248,000 bases of DNA from Octopus vulgaris (taxonomy: Eukaryota), in assembly GCA_951406725.2 (NCBI GenBank), contig OX597821.1, positions 102,196,001-102,444,000 of the forward strand, read 5' to 3'. Of the stretch, positions 58,090 to 72,120 are shown one piece after another. Under the pieces are notes generated by a model. It was given only the letters and a program-made list of their open reading frames with translations, was not told where the DNA came from and searched no databases. How positions within the stretch are numbered: position 1 is the first letter of the stretch; every line of letters starts with the position of its first letter. The translations under genes and the position numbers were made by a program.

Positions 58090-59700
58090 TCCATGCTAGC
58101 ATGGGTGGGACGGTTTCACAAGAGCTGGCAAGGCAGAAGGCTGCACCAGACTTCATTTCTCTCCAATCTATGCATGTCTTCTGCATTCAGAGCCCATGTC
58201 TCACTACCATGGAGTATAGCCATATGCACAGGAGCATCATATAGTCTGCCTTTCATCTTGAGAGAGAGTCCTTTTATTGCCAACGGAGGTAATAGCTCTC
58301 TGAACTTCCTCCACCCAATTCTTATTTTAGAAACATTACTGTTAGAACATCCTTCACCATTGCTAATTTGGTCACCTAGGTAACAGAAACTATCTACAAC
58401 CTCAAAAGAGCCTCCTGGGCATTTGAGTGAATCCAAGTCACGTGTGCTGTTTGTGCTTATTGTTCCTGCTCATCTGTTACATACAAAGATGACTTTATCT
58501 GTTAATCTGCCTGTGATTCCACTGCACCTCTTATGTGTCCATAGTTTACACTGGGTGCAGCAAATGGAATTTATTCCAACTCCTTTCCTGCATATTGAGC
58601 AGAGTCATTTACCTGATAGAAGGAGAGTTTTATCATCTTTCTTACAACATCTTTGGTCTTCGCTAAGTTAAACTGAAGGCCCTTTGATTCCAGGTTTTGT
58701 TTCCATACCTAGAATTTCTTCTCAAATTCTGCTAAAGATTCTGCAATAAGAGCAAGGTCATCAGCGTATAGCAGTTCCCATGGGCACCCAGTTTTGATTT
58801 CCTCTGTTATGGCCTGGAGGACACTATAATAGAGTGGGCTGAAAACTGATCCCTAGTAAACCCCTACCTGTACGCTAAATTTATCACTGTATTCATGGCC
58901 GACTCTCACCTTACTGACAGCATCACTTGTACAGCTCTAACAAGCCACTTCTCTACTCTACTCCTAACTTCCTTAGAGACCACCATATAACTGAGCGGAG
59001 AACTCTGTCGAAAGCTTTCTCAAGCTTGACAAAGTCTAAGTACAATGGCTTACTTTTGGCCAAGTACTTTTCCTGCAGCTGTCTCACTAGGAAAATGGCA
59101 TCTGTGGCACTCTTCCCAGGTACAAAACCAAACTGCATCTCATCTAGCTTAATTTTTTTCTAATCAATTGAGCTATAACCCTCTCAGTAACTTTCATGAG
59201 TCAGTCTAGCAATTCAATACCTTTGTAGTTGTTTCTAGCTAAGGTATCACCTTTACCCTTGTAGCAGCAGACTATAATACTACTACACCAGTCATTGGGG
59301 ATGGTGCCTTCCTGAATAACCTGATTAACTATATGGGTGACTAAGCTGTAACCTACTCCACTGGAAATTTGAATCATCTCGGCAGTGATTCCTGTTGGCC
59401 CAGGGGCTTTCTCTGTTTTCATGTCCTTAATTGCCTTATCAATTATGCTGCTATTAACTCTGATGGCTGGTCCCTTGATTGATTTGATATTTGGTAGGCT
59501 CTCCTTCTCCAATTCATTTTCTACATTTAGTAACCTTTTATAGTGACACTTCCATGTATCTTTCTTCTTTGAGTCACTAAATGCAAGCATACAATTATCC
59601 ATTCATACACATTTCTCACCTACCACACCTCTATTTTCTCTGATACATAGTTTTGCAATCCTGAACACTTTATGCCTCTGATCCTCAGGCTGAAGAACAT
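58090..59700 (-). mobile_element. Degenerate RTE-type LINE (RT)
   Basis: MQFGFVPGKSATDAIFLVRQLQEKYL, LEKAFDRV, CCYKGKGDTLARNNYKGIELL, EVVDSFCYLGD; several frameshifts. Confidence 0.9.
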
Positions 59701-62700
59701 TTGCAAATCTCTTACCTTCAGCTACTCATTTTGCCATGTATACCTGATACCTAGCTGCCCTTTTGGCTACCCACCACCACCACCACCACCACCACCACCA
59801 TCACCATTAATGTTATCCAAGGGAAAGGCAAAGGCTGATACAGCTTGGCACCGGTGATGTCACAACTCGTTTCTATAGATGAGTGAACTAGAGTAACATG
59901 AAATAAAGTGACTTGCTCAAGAACACAACACACAGCCTGGTCTGGGAGTTGAGCTCACTACCTCATAATTGCAAGCCTGATGCTATAACCACTGAGCCAT
60001 ACACACACACACACATGTTTGTATATTTGTATATATGTATCTATCTCTCTCTTTCTAGGTATGTATGTATGTATATACACACACACACACACATACACAC
60101 ATGTATATGTGTGTGTGTAGGTGGAGGCATTGCTATGAAGTTAAGAAGTTCACTCTTTAAACTATGTGTTTTGGGGTTCAATCAGTCCTACATAAAACTT
60201 TGGGCAAGTACCTTCTATAGCCCTGGTCCAACCAAAGCCTTGAGAGTAGAATTGGTGATTGGAAACTGAAAGAAGCCTGTTTGTTGTCTTCTTGTCTTGA
60301 TATTGCATGATAGTTGAAAATGAGCATCATCATCATGCAAGCAATATTGCTCATTTCAAATCTTCTATGAAAACATGTTTGTCCATTTGAAAATAGTATC
60401 TTATATGGAATCAAGTGAGGCTTGGTGCACAGGAAGGGCATGTAGCAGGAATCGTTAGCAACCAAACCCAGATCCCCATATCTGATGCCAAAAAGCAACA
60501 AATCAAGAATACGATCGTGTTCGTTAGAATGTTACCAATGTCATCAAAAAGTCAAGCTGTGCTTGAGAAAAAGACCTATCAAGCTGAGCAAAATTGCAGT
60601 CATGGCAAATACAGTGTCACACAAATGGCACCCGTGCTCGTGGCACGTAAAAGCACCCATTACACTCTCAGAGTGGTTGGCATTAGGAAAAGCATCCAGC
60701 CATAGAAAACTGTGACAAATCAGACTGGAGCCTGGCACAGCCTTCCAGCATGCCAGTCCAGTGAAACCATCCAACTCATGCCAGCATGGACAATGGACGT
60801 TAAATGATGATGATGATGATGATAATGATTCCAGACTTCATTTGGAACCAGATTTAACAACAATTTCATCTTTGGTACACTTTTTCTGAGCAAGATCACC
60901 ACTGTGCATTTTAGCCATTACTAACAGACAGCAAACATCAGGCCAGATGCAGAAGACAGTAGGCAGCTGACCAGAGAGCTGTCATAATAAAAACAATAGA
61001 TGGATGGCAACAGCAACACACAATGACCAACTAACATCTTGACAACTACTACTCTCATGCTTAGTCCCAAAACAACCAGCTCCTAACTATCTCAGTGTCT
61101 GTCATTTGTAGTAAGGACAACATTTTCGGTTTATAATAAAAATTGGTATTTTTTAAAATCAGAAATCTCAAACATATTTCAGTGTTCTTTATTGTACCAG
61201 ACACATGGTGATAGAATATCTGCCTCAACAAATTCCATCTGAATCATGCAAGCAGAGTAAAACAGGAGATAAAACGATGATGATATTCATGATGAAGATG
61301 ATGGCCAAGTTAAAAGACCATCATTACTGGTATTTGGTTAAATCCTTTTTGTTCTCTTGTTTCATTTGGCATGTGTAAAAAGATTCGAGCGAGGTCATTG
61401 CAAGTACCGCCTGACTGGACCCCATGCCGGTGGCACGTAAAAGCACCCACTACACTCTTGGAGTGGTTGGCGTTAGGAAGGGCATCCAGCTGTAGAAACT
61501 CTGCCAGATCAAGACTGGGGCCTGGTGCAGCCATCTGGTTCGCCAGCCCTCAGTCAAACTGTCCAACCCATGCTAGCATGGAAAGCAGACGTTAAACGAT
61601 GATGATGATAGAATATTTGACCATTCTACAACAGAGATGGGGAACTTTTATAGCTTAACATGTTAAAATTATAATTTCTTTGACAATCACATTATTGAAG
61701 TGACAGTTATCCTGCATCTTTTATTTGTTTCAGCCATTGGACTGTGGCCATGTTGGAGCATCACCTTGAAAAAGTCAAATAAATTGACCCCAGTAAATTT
61801 TTCTATAAGCCTGGTACTTATTCTATTGGTCTGTTTTGCCAAACTGTGAAGTTACAGGGGATATAAACAATCCTACACTGGTTATCAAGTGTGTGTGTGT
61901 GTGTGTGGTGGGGTGCAAACTCAAACACATACATACATACACACACATACATACACACCCACATACAGACACATAATGGGCTTCTACATAGTTTACATCT
62001 AGCAAATACCCTCACAAGGTATTGGTCGGCCTGGGGTTATAATAGAAGACACTTGCCCAAGGTTTGACACAGTGGCACTGAACCTGAAACCTCACAGTTG
62101 CCAAGTGTGAGCTTCTTCACCTTACAGTCATGTCTTTAACTTTAGGTAAATGCTTCTAAAGTCTTTTATAATATGATATTACTGGTAGATGTTATGAAAG
62201 CCGTTTTTGTTTCACTAAAATCCCTTTGGCGTATTACTGCCAACAAGCTTTGTTCACAAACACTGTCTTACAAAGCACAAAATCTTAAGTTTTGTTTAAA
62301 AAGCCGTCAGTATTTATAGTAACAATAGATTTAAAAGAAAAAATACTGCACCTCATAATATAATAAAAAGGTCTATATACAGCTTCATAGGAGCAGGCAT
62401 GGCTGTGTAATTAGGAAGCTTTGCAACCACATGGTTTTAGATTCAGTCTCAATGCACGTCACCTTGATCTACTATAGGCCTGGGTTAACCAAGGCCTTGT
62501 GAGTGAATTTGGTAGACATATTACTGTATGTATAAGCCTGTGTGTTTGTTCTCCACCACCAACTGACATCTGGTGTTGGCTTGTTTATGTCCCTATAACT
62601 TAGCGGTTCGGCAATAGGCATCAACAGAATAAGTGCCAGGCTTTAAAAATAAGTACTAAAAACAATTTGTTCAACTAAATCCTTAAGTTGGTGCCCCAGC

Positions 62701-62815
62701 TCGGTCGCATTCTAATGACTCAAAAAAGTAAAAGAAAGGTAACAAAATCAATGAGTTTAACACGAAGTAGGATGAATAATCAAAGAAAATTAATAATCCA
62801 ACGCAAAAAAAATTC

Positions 62816-62887
62816 TGGAGATGCCGGGGATCGAACCCGGGGCCTTTCGCATGCAAAGCGAACGCTCTACCACTGAGCTACATCCCC
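62816..62887 (-). tRNA. tRNA-Ala (anticodon TGC)
   Basis: Reverse complement GGGGATGTAGCTCAGTGGTAGAGCGTTCGCTTTGCATGCGAAAGGCCCCGGGTTCGATCCCCGGCATCTCCA forms a canonical cloverleaf with A/B boxes; an oligo-T Pol III terminator follows immediately (plus-strand A-run at 62805-62812). Confidence 0.97.
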
Positions 62888-65039
62888 CGATTGAAAATAG
62901 GTTTCTTATTTTACCTTATTATTCTTAATATTACTAATGCTTTTCAAAATTTCTGCTGTATAACATTAATATTTTTACTGATTACAACATCTATGATTGA
63001 TATTCGAAAATTTTGAATAAATGTTTCTCGCCACGTTCTTGATTTTTTTCTATTACACACCCACTATTTAAGGTAGTAGCTGATGAGAGAACTAGATTAT
63101 CGATAATCGATAAAAAGAAAAGAGCTAGTGCATCTATACATAATTTTAATACGTAGCCACATGTTTGTATAAAACGTAACGTCTTCGTATTTGTATGTTG
63201 TCAACCGAATATTATAAAATGGACTATTCCAAGCTTCGTCAGTTTTAATTCCTAATTCACGAAGCAAATGATCTTTTACTCGAGAAAAGTTTTTAAAATC
63301 AATTTTTTCCTCTTTTTTTTTTAGAAAAACAGAAGCAAAGGGAAACCTATCAAATTTACTACTGTAAATTATTTGGGAGTTTGCATGTGTCTAAATCAAC
63401 TACGAAAAATTAATTGCCAAAAATTATTTACGGAAGGCTGTTCGTGCCATAATTCAGTATGCAACACCTTGACAGTAATTAGGTAGAAATATAGGCCATA
63501 CCAGAGAACGATGTAAAAACACGGAAAGCAGGGGGAAATACATACAAAGGGCGTGAACACGCTTATCCTTTATTAGTTATCAACTAAAAATCATCACAAT
63601 TTCGATGCTTTATCGATAATATTGTTCAATTTGACGGCGTCAGCAGCAAAATGTTGCTGGGGGTTTAAATGAGCGACCATGAAAGACAGTAAGATAAGTG
63701 CAAAAAAAAAAAAAAAAAAGGCGAAGTCTCTAGATTGAACGATGAAAAGAACGAATTATGACGAAACCATATAAAACGAAAAGGCTAGAATTAACGAAAA
63801 AATATATAATAAACGTCACGCACATCCCTATACAGACATATCCATCTGTTTGTGATGCTCTTTATAGGATAACTACGCTAGATTTGTGTGTGTGCGCACC
63901 GTTCAGTTTGGCTCTAATTATTGAGTCTTAGGTTTTTGTTGGCGTGCTGCCTCTATTGAACATTTTGTTATGTGTTGCAACGTTGCGATCAAAATAAAAA
64001 TGTTATTTTGACGTTTATTTGCTGAGCTTTGCATACCATAAGCGACTCTGTTCACATCGAAACTAAATATGTTTACTAAACAAATAAAGATATCACTCCA
64101 TATAGACATTTATTAAAAAAACATTCTAGTTGGTAATATTTAGATAGTTACGCCCCCAAATTATATTTTGTATCAAGTAAAAATAGGAAGAAAACGGGGT
64201 AGTTAAAACTGGGAGCAACAGTAATGATAAATGTCAAAATCTGACTTGGTTTTCTTGAACTACCGAAAGGAAAAAGCAGTTGCTTCAAAATCGACAAATT
64301 ATGCACCCCTCTAATTTTTTATTTTTGATTCCCCGCCACCCATAATTTTACATACTTTGTGTGTGATACAATCATATTCTTCCTCTCGTATAAAGCCCGA
64401 TAATTAATGTCATCTCTTGAATGTAAAAGTCTGAATGAGGCATTCAGTTTTCGTTTCGTTTATGTAGAAAAGTCGAGTCAGATTTTCATGCTTCCCTATT
64501 ACTGAAATCATCTACTTTCATTATACTGGTTTTCTTTTCAACTTTAAACTTTATTCACCAAGCTACTCACGTAATAATTGTAAAATCATATCTATTTGAT
64601 TACAAAGAACAAATTATGACTGACAACAAACAATAATTAATCACTTGAGGAAACTCTGCCTGAAAAATGTTATGCGCGCATTATTTTCCACACAACTCTT
64701 GGCGAGTTGTTTTCATTTCGATTCCCAGTTGTAAAAGTTTCACATCTTCAACATTGCTATTGCTACTGAGAATATCGTAAATCTTATACAAATTTATTTA
64801 TCCCACCCCGGTTCCTTATTTCTTCGTCAAAACAAGAACTAAATTTGGTAATTTGTGGGTTTATCCCATGCACTATACAGTTGCCATCCATTCAAGAGGT
64901 TCTTCCAAATGGATGTGTTCTACAGATCAAGGATTTTATTTGGTTCCTTGACATTTTCACAACTTTAATTGTTGATTTATCTTATCTAACGTTTTCCTAA
65001 AAAGGTATGCTAATTCGCCCCCCAGGGGCGAATTAGCAT

Positions 65040-66130
65040 ACGAATTTCATAACATGATATTCCGATATTCTCGGTTGTCATACTATGAGTTGGCTTTATC
65101 TGTCTTTTTGGTTCTTTCTTTTCTATTCCACAATTTACTCCTGTTTCGCCGGGAGATCCCATTCTCTATTATGGTCTTGAACTTACCCTTGAATCCTTTG
65201 TATACTCTGATCCCATCTGTTTGGCTGTACTCAGATAACTGGATACGATGGATATGAAGTGTTGTATGTGTCTTTCTAATTCCGTTGGGTCGCACATGCA
65301 TGATACGTTTCTCATCATCTTTAACAAGTCCGCTTTTAGGATACTGAACTTGATATTATCTGCAAGAGCTGCGTTCACGTAGACGTATTTAGAGGCCATG
65401 GGTTTGGTATAGTGGGAATGAAGGATCTGGACCTTGTTGCTCCTGGTTTCCAGCCAGAGTTGTGTGTCTAAAATCGATTGTCTGTTGTTAGGGTGTTTGC
65501 TAAGGAAATTTGTTGTTACTTAAATATTCAAGTGGATGGAGTTAGATACATGCTGGATGCCCTTCATAAAGTTAGCTTCTAGTTCATTGAAAAGCACCAC
65601 TGTCTTGCAGAGGTGCTTTTTCCACTATGTTGATACCATCCACAAAACGGGAGCACATGTTTAGGGTTATGGAGCTCTCTGCTAAGCATTCTTTGAGGTC
65701 TTCTGTCCCACAATAGTATGAAGAGGCTAGCCACATCGCCAGCAATACTGACACCGATGGCTGCACCCTCTTTTGGGGCTCATATCTTGTCATTAAACTT
65801 GAACATGTGGCCCTTTCATGTAACTTTGGTACTCACACCTACCGCATGTGCAACCATTTTTTTCGTGTGATTGTAGTTATCGTGGGTTCGTATGGCTCTG
65901 GTCCACCAGTTCCATCTTCTCCATGTCGCTCTCACTGATCATCTCAACAGCTAAATCAACATCAGTGGATGAATGTAGAGACACCACATCCATACTGCCT
66001 ATTATGCATCCTGTTGCGTCGCAGGTGGGGTTCCATTTGTTGATTCTGTGGCGTTCTTGATGGTCTTGCCACTGGATCAGTGGTCGCTTTTTTATCCTTG
66101 CGGAGTCTATACAGCGCTGGGACATCGTTA
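65040..66130 (-). mobile_element. Degenerate Penelope-like element (RT thumb region)
   Basis: Fragmented frames: CSRFVDGI, HSHYTKPMASKY...NIKFSILKADLLKMMRNVS, resembling the PLE RT C-terminal part. Confidence 0.6.
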
Positions 66131-67279
66131 TTTGCAACTTGAAAGTTGTTGGTCGTGCGTTTCTTTAGTCCTATGAGGTTTGATCACATCATGATGTGAG
66201 CATGGAGAATCTTTTCCCTCTCTACATGTGCTTGTATTGTTATTTCTCTCAAGTTGGTGTTGTGAGGTTGCACTGCCTGAATGTTGTTTGGCAGGCTGGC
66301 TATCGACATTTTCTTCTTCTCTCCCAGTGGTTCCCAACCTGTGGTCCACAAAAGTAGTACAGGGTGTCTGTGAACATGTTAAGCTGATAAGACTATTCAA
66401 TATCCTGGGGTTCGTGGGAAAACTCATTTAAATAAAAGGGGTCATTGGTAGTGAAAAGGTTGGGAACCACAGCTCTAGCTCATCATTTCTCTCACTACTA
66501 TCTCTCTGGTTCTCTCTATTATTGTTCCTGTTGTTGTTAGTGTTGGTTTGCATATTTTCATAGTTGTCTTTGTTGTTGTTGTTCTTGTTGCTATCCTCAC
66601 TGCTATCACTATTCTTAAAACCATTGTTATCATTAGCGAGCCGGTAGAATTGTTAGTACGCCAGGCAGAATGCTAAGCAGCATTTCGTCAGTCCTTACAT
66701 TCTGAGTTCAAATTCCACCGAGGTCGACTTTGCCCTTCATCCCTTCGGATGAGCGCTAGGGTCGATGTAATCGACTCGTTTCCGTCCCACAAAATTGCTG
66801 CTCTTGTGACAAAATTTGAAGCCATTATTATCATTAATAATATTAGTTTGGTTGCACCCATGGAAAACTTAAAATTTAGTATGTTGAAGTAATTGTTCGA
66901 AATGGTTATATAATGGGACATTATTTTGTCTTTCTGTGTTCGTGTGTTCGTTGTACTCTGTAGTGTGATGGAGGAAAAAGAAGCAAATGGGAGAAGGGAA
67001 TACAGAGACCTTACCTGTTGACCTAGGCAGGATGAGCAATCACTCTCAAGAAGTAAACACGTCCTCGCACGCTACCGTCTCTCATCGAACTCCCCGCACG
67101 TGCTTCCGGCCCACGCATGCCCCATGGCTGTTCAGCCGGCCCCTGCAGTCTTCACTTCCGTCTACATCATCTGCAATCCACTTCACCAACACCACATAGC
67201 TCATCACAGCCCATAACACCACACGTCCCCCCCCCCGATCTACACATCATTCAACCAGCTTTCCCACTCACTCCTCGCT

Positions 67280-68260
67280 CCTGAACTCACACCTTAACTG
67301 GTTTCATGATCAGCCGACCAGGGAGAAGGGTGCCACTCCCTCTGTGGTCGCCGTGCGACCCTGGGACTGGCCTGAGTTCCTGGCATGCTGCTGCTGTCTT
67401 CCTCTTCTTGCCTACTGTTTCTGTCTTCATCTTCTTGCCCATTGTTGCTGGTTCCATCCTCTGAGGCATGAACAATCTTCCATACATCCAAAACGTGGCG
67501 TGGCATACCATCGACAGAGATGTTCTTCAAATTGATGGAGGTTATTGTTCCCTTTCCTCATCGTGATGTACACCATGCATTTGGGGGTTTTACCCAAACT
67601 TCTTCTCCGACCTGCACGAAGGTGTGCTCTTCCTCTGCCCCGGATCATATGGATACCAACACTTGTACCTGAATATTGCTCTGTGTGGCACCGACTCCTC
67701 AGCCTGTCCTGAGCAGGGCGACATATTGTACCAAAATACAGCCTCAATTGGTGAAATATGGCCCCTCTCTGCCATGATCCTGAAGGTACGATGATGCCTT
67801 TCCACCACCCCATTTCCACTTGGCCGGTATGCTGTCCTGAAGAAGCAGTTGACCTGCCACCCATCAAGCATTTCTTTCAGCTCCTCCGAGCAAAATGCAG
67901 TGCCATTATCCAGAAGCAGTTCATCCACGGGGCCTCATTCCTGGAATATCTCATTTAATACTTTCACGATTTCCTCTGAGGGGCAGCACTTCCATAACAC
68001 TACATTACCAGTTGCAGATTCACCAGAGAGGCAGTCCTTCCATAACACTACAGCAATGGTCACAGATTTCGTCACAGGGGCAGCAGTACCATAAAAGTAC
68101 AGCAACGGTCGCAGATTTTGCCACAGGGCTGGCAGTTCTATAACACTACTAGTGACAGGCTCACATTTTGCCACTGGAGCCGCCACTTCATAGCAATACG
68201 GGTAACCATATCAAATTTTGCCACAGGAACAGCATCTTCAGAACAGTACTAGTAATAGTT
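67280..68260 (-). mobile_element. Gypsy-type LTR retrotransposon integrase remnant
   Basis: ELLLDNGTAFCSEE...RTAYRPSGNGVVERHHRTF (rve core) and upstream VVLWKDCLSG...FLHNTT segments. Confidence 0.85.
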
Positions 68261-70255
68261 TCAAATTTCCCCACAAGGGCAGCAATTTTCAAAATTGGAA
68301 ATAACACTGACATCTCATTTTAACAGATTTATTTACCAAAATTACATAAAAATATCTTCAAATACTAAAGTGTAAATTTATTCAATAAAATCACCTTTGG
68401 GCTTGAACCACGGCCTCCAGATGACTTCAGAATCTCCTGCAACTCTTCTGGACAGTCTCCTTAGTTAAGTTGGTCAATGGTGCCATAATCATTGCCTTCA
68501 GTTCATCTTTGGTACAAAAGGATGTTTGTTGGTCTCTCATTCAACTGCGCCCCACACATAATAATCAAGGTGGTTGCAGTCTGGGGAGTTAGGTGGCCAG
68601 ATGTTAGGGGTGATGTGGTTGCAGAAATTATCTAACAGACATGACTGGGTTCTCCTGCTTGTGTGGTGTGGTGCAGAATCCTGTTCTTAGACATAGGGTC
68701 TTCCAGCAGCCACCCTCTTGATCTAGGGCAGCACTACCTCCTTCAGGTATTTGATGTAGGCCTCCATATTGAATGTCCCATAACTTAATGGTTTGGCAAA
68801 AGAGACCAATATAATAAGTACTAGGCTTACAAAGAAGAAGTCTCGGGGTTGATTTGTTCACCTAAAGGTGGTGCTCCAGCATGGCTGCAGTCAAACGACT
68901 GAAACAAAAAAAAAAAAAAGTGAATAGATACTCTTTCTTTTTTCTCTTTTTATTTGTTTCAGTCATTTGACTGTGGCCATGCTAGAGCACTGCCTTTAGT
69001 AGAGCAAATCGATCCCAGGACTTATTCTTTGTAAGCCTAATACTTATTCTATCGGTGTCTTTTGCCAAACCGCTAAGTTACAGGGACGTAAACATACTAA
69101 CATCGGTTGTCAAACGATGTCGGGGGGACAAACACAGACACACAAACATATACACACATGTATATATATATATACATATATACGACGGGCTTCCTTCAGT
69201 TTCCATCTACCAAATCCACTCACAAGGCCTTGGTCGGCCTGAGGCTATAGTAGAAGACACTTGCCCAAGGTGCCACGCAGTGGGACTGAACCTGGAACCA
69301 TGTGGTTGGTAAGCAAGCTACTTACCACACAGCCACGAAAATGATTGATAAGTATCTGGACGTAGCAAAACAAGTCAGAAAGAAAGTTAAGCGTAATTTA
69401 TCACTTGTGTTACTGGAACACAGAAAACAGCAGGGAAACAGAAAATGTTGAAAAGAATGAGAAACATTGGAACTGAGATGTAGGAAGTGACGGAAGGTGG
69501 GGGTGGGGCAGAAAATGTTTTGTTCTAATTTCTAACAGGATCCTTTGCAACGTCAATGACAGTTGTGAAGATCTGTCAATAAATCTTAAGATATTATTGA
69601 TTGGTTCACACGATGGATGTGAATATTTATAGCTCAACACCAGCAACTGCAACTTCTATGACTCAGTGGTTAGAGCACTGGGCTCACAATCATGATATAG
69701 TGAGTTTGATTCTTGGATGGGGCTGTGTGTTGCTCCAGTTCATTCACCAGCTGTAGAAATGAGTCGTGATGTCATCGGTGCTAAGCTGTATCAATTTTTG
69801 TGCCTATTCCTTGGATAACATCGATGACATGTGAGGGGAGACTGACATGCATGGGTGACTGCTAGTCTTCCATAAATAATTTTACTTGGACATGTGCCCC
69901 AGAGGGGAACATTCTAGGTGCAATCCCATGGTCATTCAGACTGAAGGGGATCCTTATATAGATATACACACACATATATTATCTGGTACTTATTCTGTCA
70001 GCCTCTTTTACTGTACTGTAAAGTTATGGGGATGTAAACAAACCATCACCAGTTGTCAAGCAGAGAGAAAGACAACTACAAACACATACAATTATTTCTA
70101 TCTGCCCCTTTACATATATATATATATATGTGTGTGTGTGTGTTAGAAGAAATAAGGTACTCAGAAATGTGGATGGTTTTATAGTTACAGATTTTTATAA
70201 ATCATATATTAGCACTTGCATCTACTCTAGTGGATTCTTCAGATTCATATATATA

Positions 70256-71260
70256 TTAGGTCGTCAGGTATGAAATTTGTCGTAAGGTATATGGTAAACT
70301 TTGACAGGTGCTCATTTTGCACCATTATTATATTTTGACAATTTTTATTTTTTGTTAGAAAGCTGACACATCTATTTCTTTATTCTAACTCATTTTGTGT
70401 TTTATAAAGTATTTATACATCGTTTTTTGCTATTTTTGTTTAGAGATGGATAAGTTGGAAATTCATACAGTTTTGAAATATGAGTTCTTTCTTGGAAATA
70501 CAGCATCACAGACAACTCGGAATGTTAATGGAGTATTTCATTCTAATGTTATTACACACCAGACAGTACCAAATTGGTTTGCAAAATTTTGTTCTGGTAA
70601 CTTTGACCTCACACATGAGCAATGCGGTCAACCAGAAACAAAGGTGGATAATGACAAACTGAAAGACACCATTGAGTCAGACCCATTTTAAAGTTCCCAT
70701 GAATTATAGTTGTTGTTTGGTGTTAGCAACAAAACAATATTGACTCACCTAGTTGAAATCAGTAAAAGGAAAATGTTGGATAAGTGGGTTCCACATGAAC
70801 TCAATGGAATTCAGAAACAGCAATGTTTGGAAGCTTGCATTATGCTAATTTCTTGTCACAAAAATGAAATATTTTTTAATTGAATTGTGACATGTGATGA
70901 GAAATGGATCCAATACAACAACCGTAAATGTTCAGCACAATGGTTGGACTAAGATGAGCCACCAAAACACAGTCCAAAAAGCAAAATTCATCAAAAGAAG
71001 CTGATGGTGTGTGTTTGGTGGTCTGGCACAGGTGTGATCCATTACAGTAATCCTGGCTCATCAATAACGGCCAAAGTATATTGCAGCCAACTGCACCAAA
71101 TGATGCAGAATCTTACAAAATAACAGCCTAGATTAGTCAACAGATCTTATCCTATTTTATTGCAAGTCAACACCAGGTCACACATCGCAAAAATGACATT
71201 GGCGATACTACAGGAGTTGCTGTTAGAAGTTCTCCATCATCCACCATACTCACCTGGTGT
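70256..71260 (+). mobile_element. Degenerate mariner (Tc1/mariner) transposon
   Basis: TIR-like ttaggtcgtcaggtatgaaat; HTH region MDKLEIHTVLKYEF...TVPNWFAKFCSGNFDL; IVTCDEKWIQYNN and HQKKLMVCVWW motifs, broken by stops and frameshifts. Confidence 0.9.
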
Positions 71261-71299
71261 GTAGAATGTGTGAGAAGTTTTCTTGTTAAGTGTGGGTGG

Positions 71300-72120
71300 G
71301 ACACACAGTGCTTCTAGAACTCAATTTTGCTGATGTGGGCAGGTCTTCTCTAGAACTTTATATCGACAGACATCTTGGCCCATTGTCATTTTCTCCATGA
71401 GGCACGACATCCTGAGATCGATCCTTACCACTTCATCCCACGTCTTCCTGGATCTCCCTCTTCCACGGGCACCATCCACTTTCAGTGACTGGCAATTATT
71501 TAAGCAGCTGTCCTCATTCATATCCATCACATGTCCAATAGTCTTCTCTCTTGCATGCTACATTTGATTCCTCTTATGTCCAACTTTTCTTTCAATATAT
71601 TTGTACTTTGCCGTACCTGTGTACTGATGTTGCATATTCAATGGACCATACTACCTTCATTGCTCTTCAGTTTATGCATGTCTCCAGCATTCAGAGCCTA
71701 TGTCTCACTACCATGGAGTATAGCTGTGCGCACACAGGCATCATATAGTCTACCTGAGAGAGAGTCCTTTTATTGCCAACAGAGGTAATATCTCCACCCA
71801 ATTCTTATTCTACAAACAATACTTTCAGAACATCCTCCACCATTGGTAATTTGCTCACCTATGTAACAGAAACAATCTACAACATCAAGAGAACCTCCTG
71901 AGAATCTAAGTCCTGTATGATCATAGTTCTTATTGTTCTTGTACATCTGCAACATACAAAGATGACTTTATCTGTTAATCTACCTGTGATTCCACTGCAC
72001 CTCTTATGTGTCCATAGTTTATACTGGGTGCAATGAATGGAATTTCTTCCAACTCCTTTCCTACATATTGAGCAGGGCCATTTACCTGACAGAGAGTTTT
72101 ATCTTCTTTCTTACTAGAAA
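71300..72120 (-). mobile_element. RTE LINE 3' remnant
   Basis: VVDCFCYIG, RGRGRSRKTWDEVVRIDL; same family as 58090-59700. Confidence 0.7.

Noticed and set aside
63669-63688. First exon (MSDHER..|gtaaga) of a plus-strand gene near the tRNA
   Set aside because: Promoter-like context, but no downstream exon could be joined.
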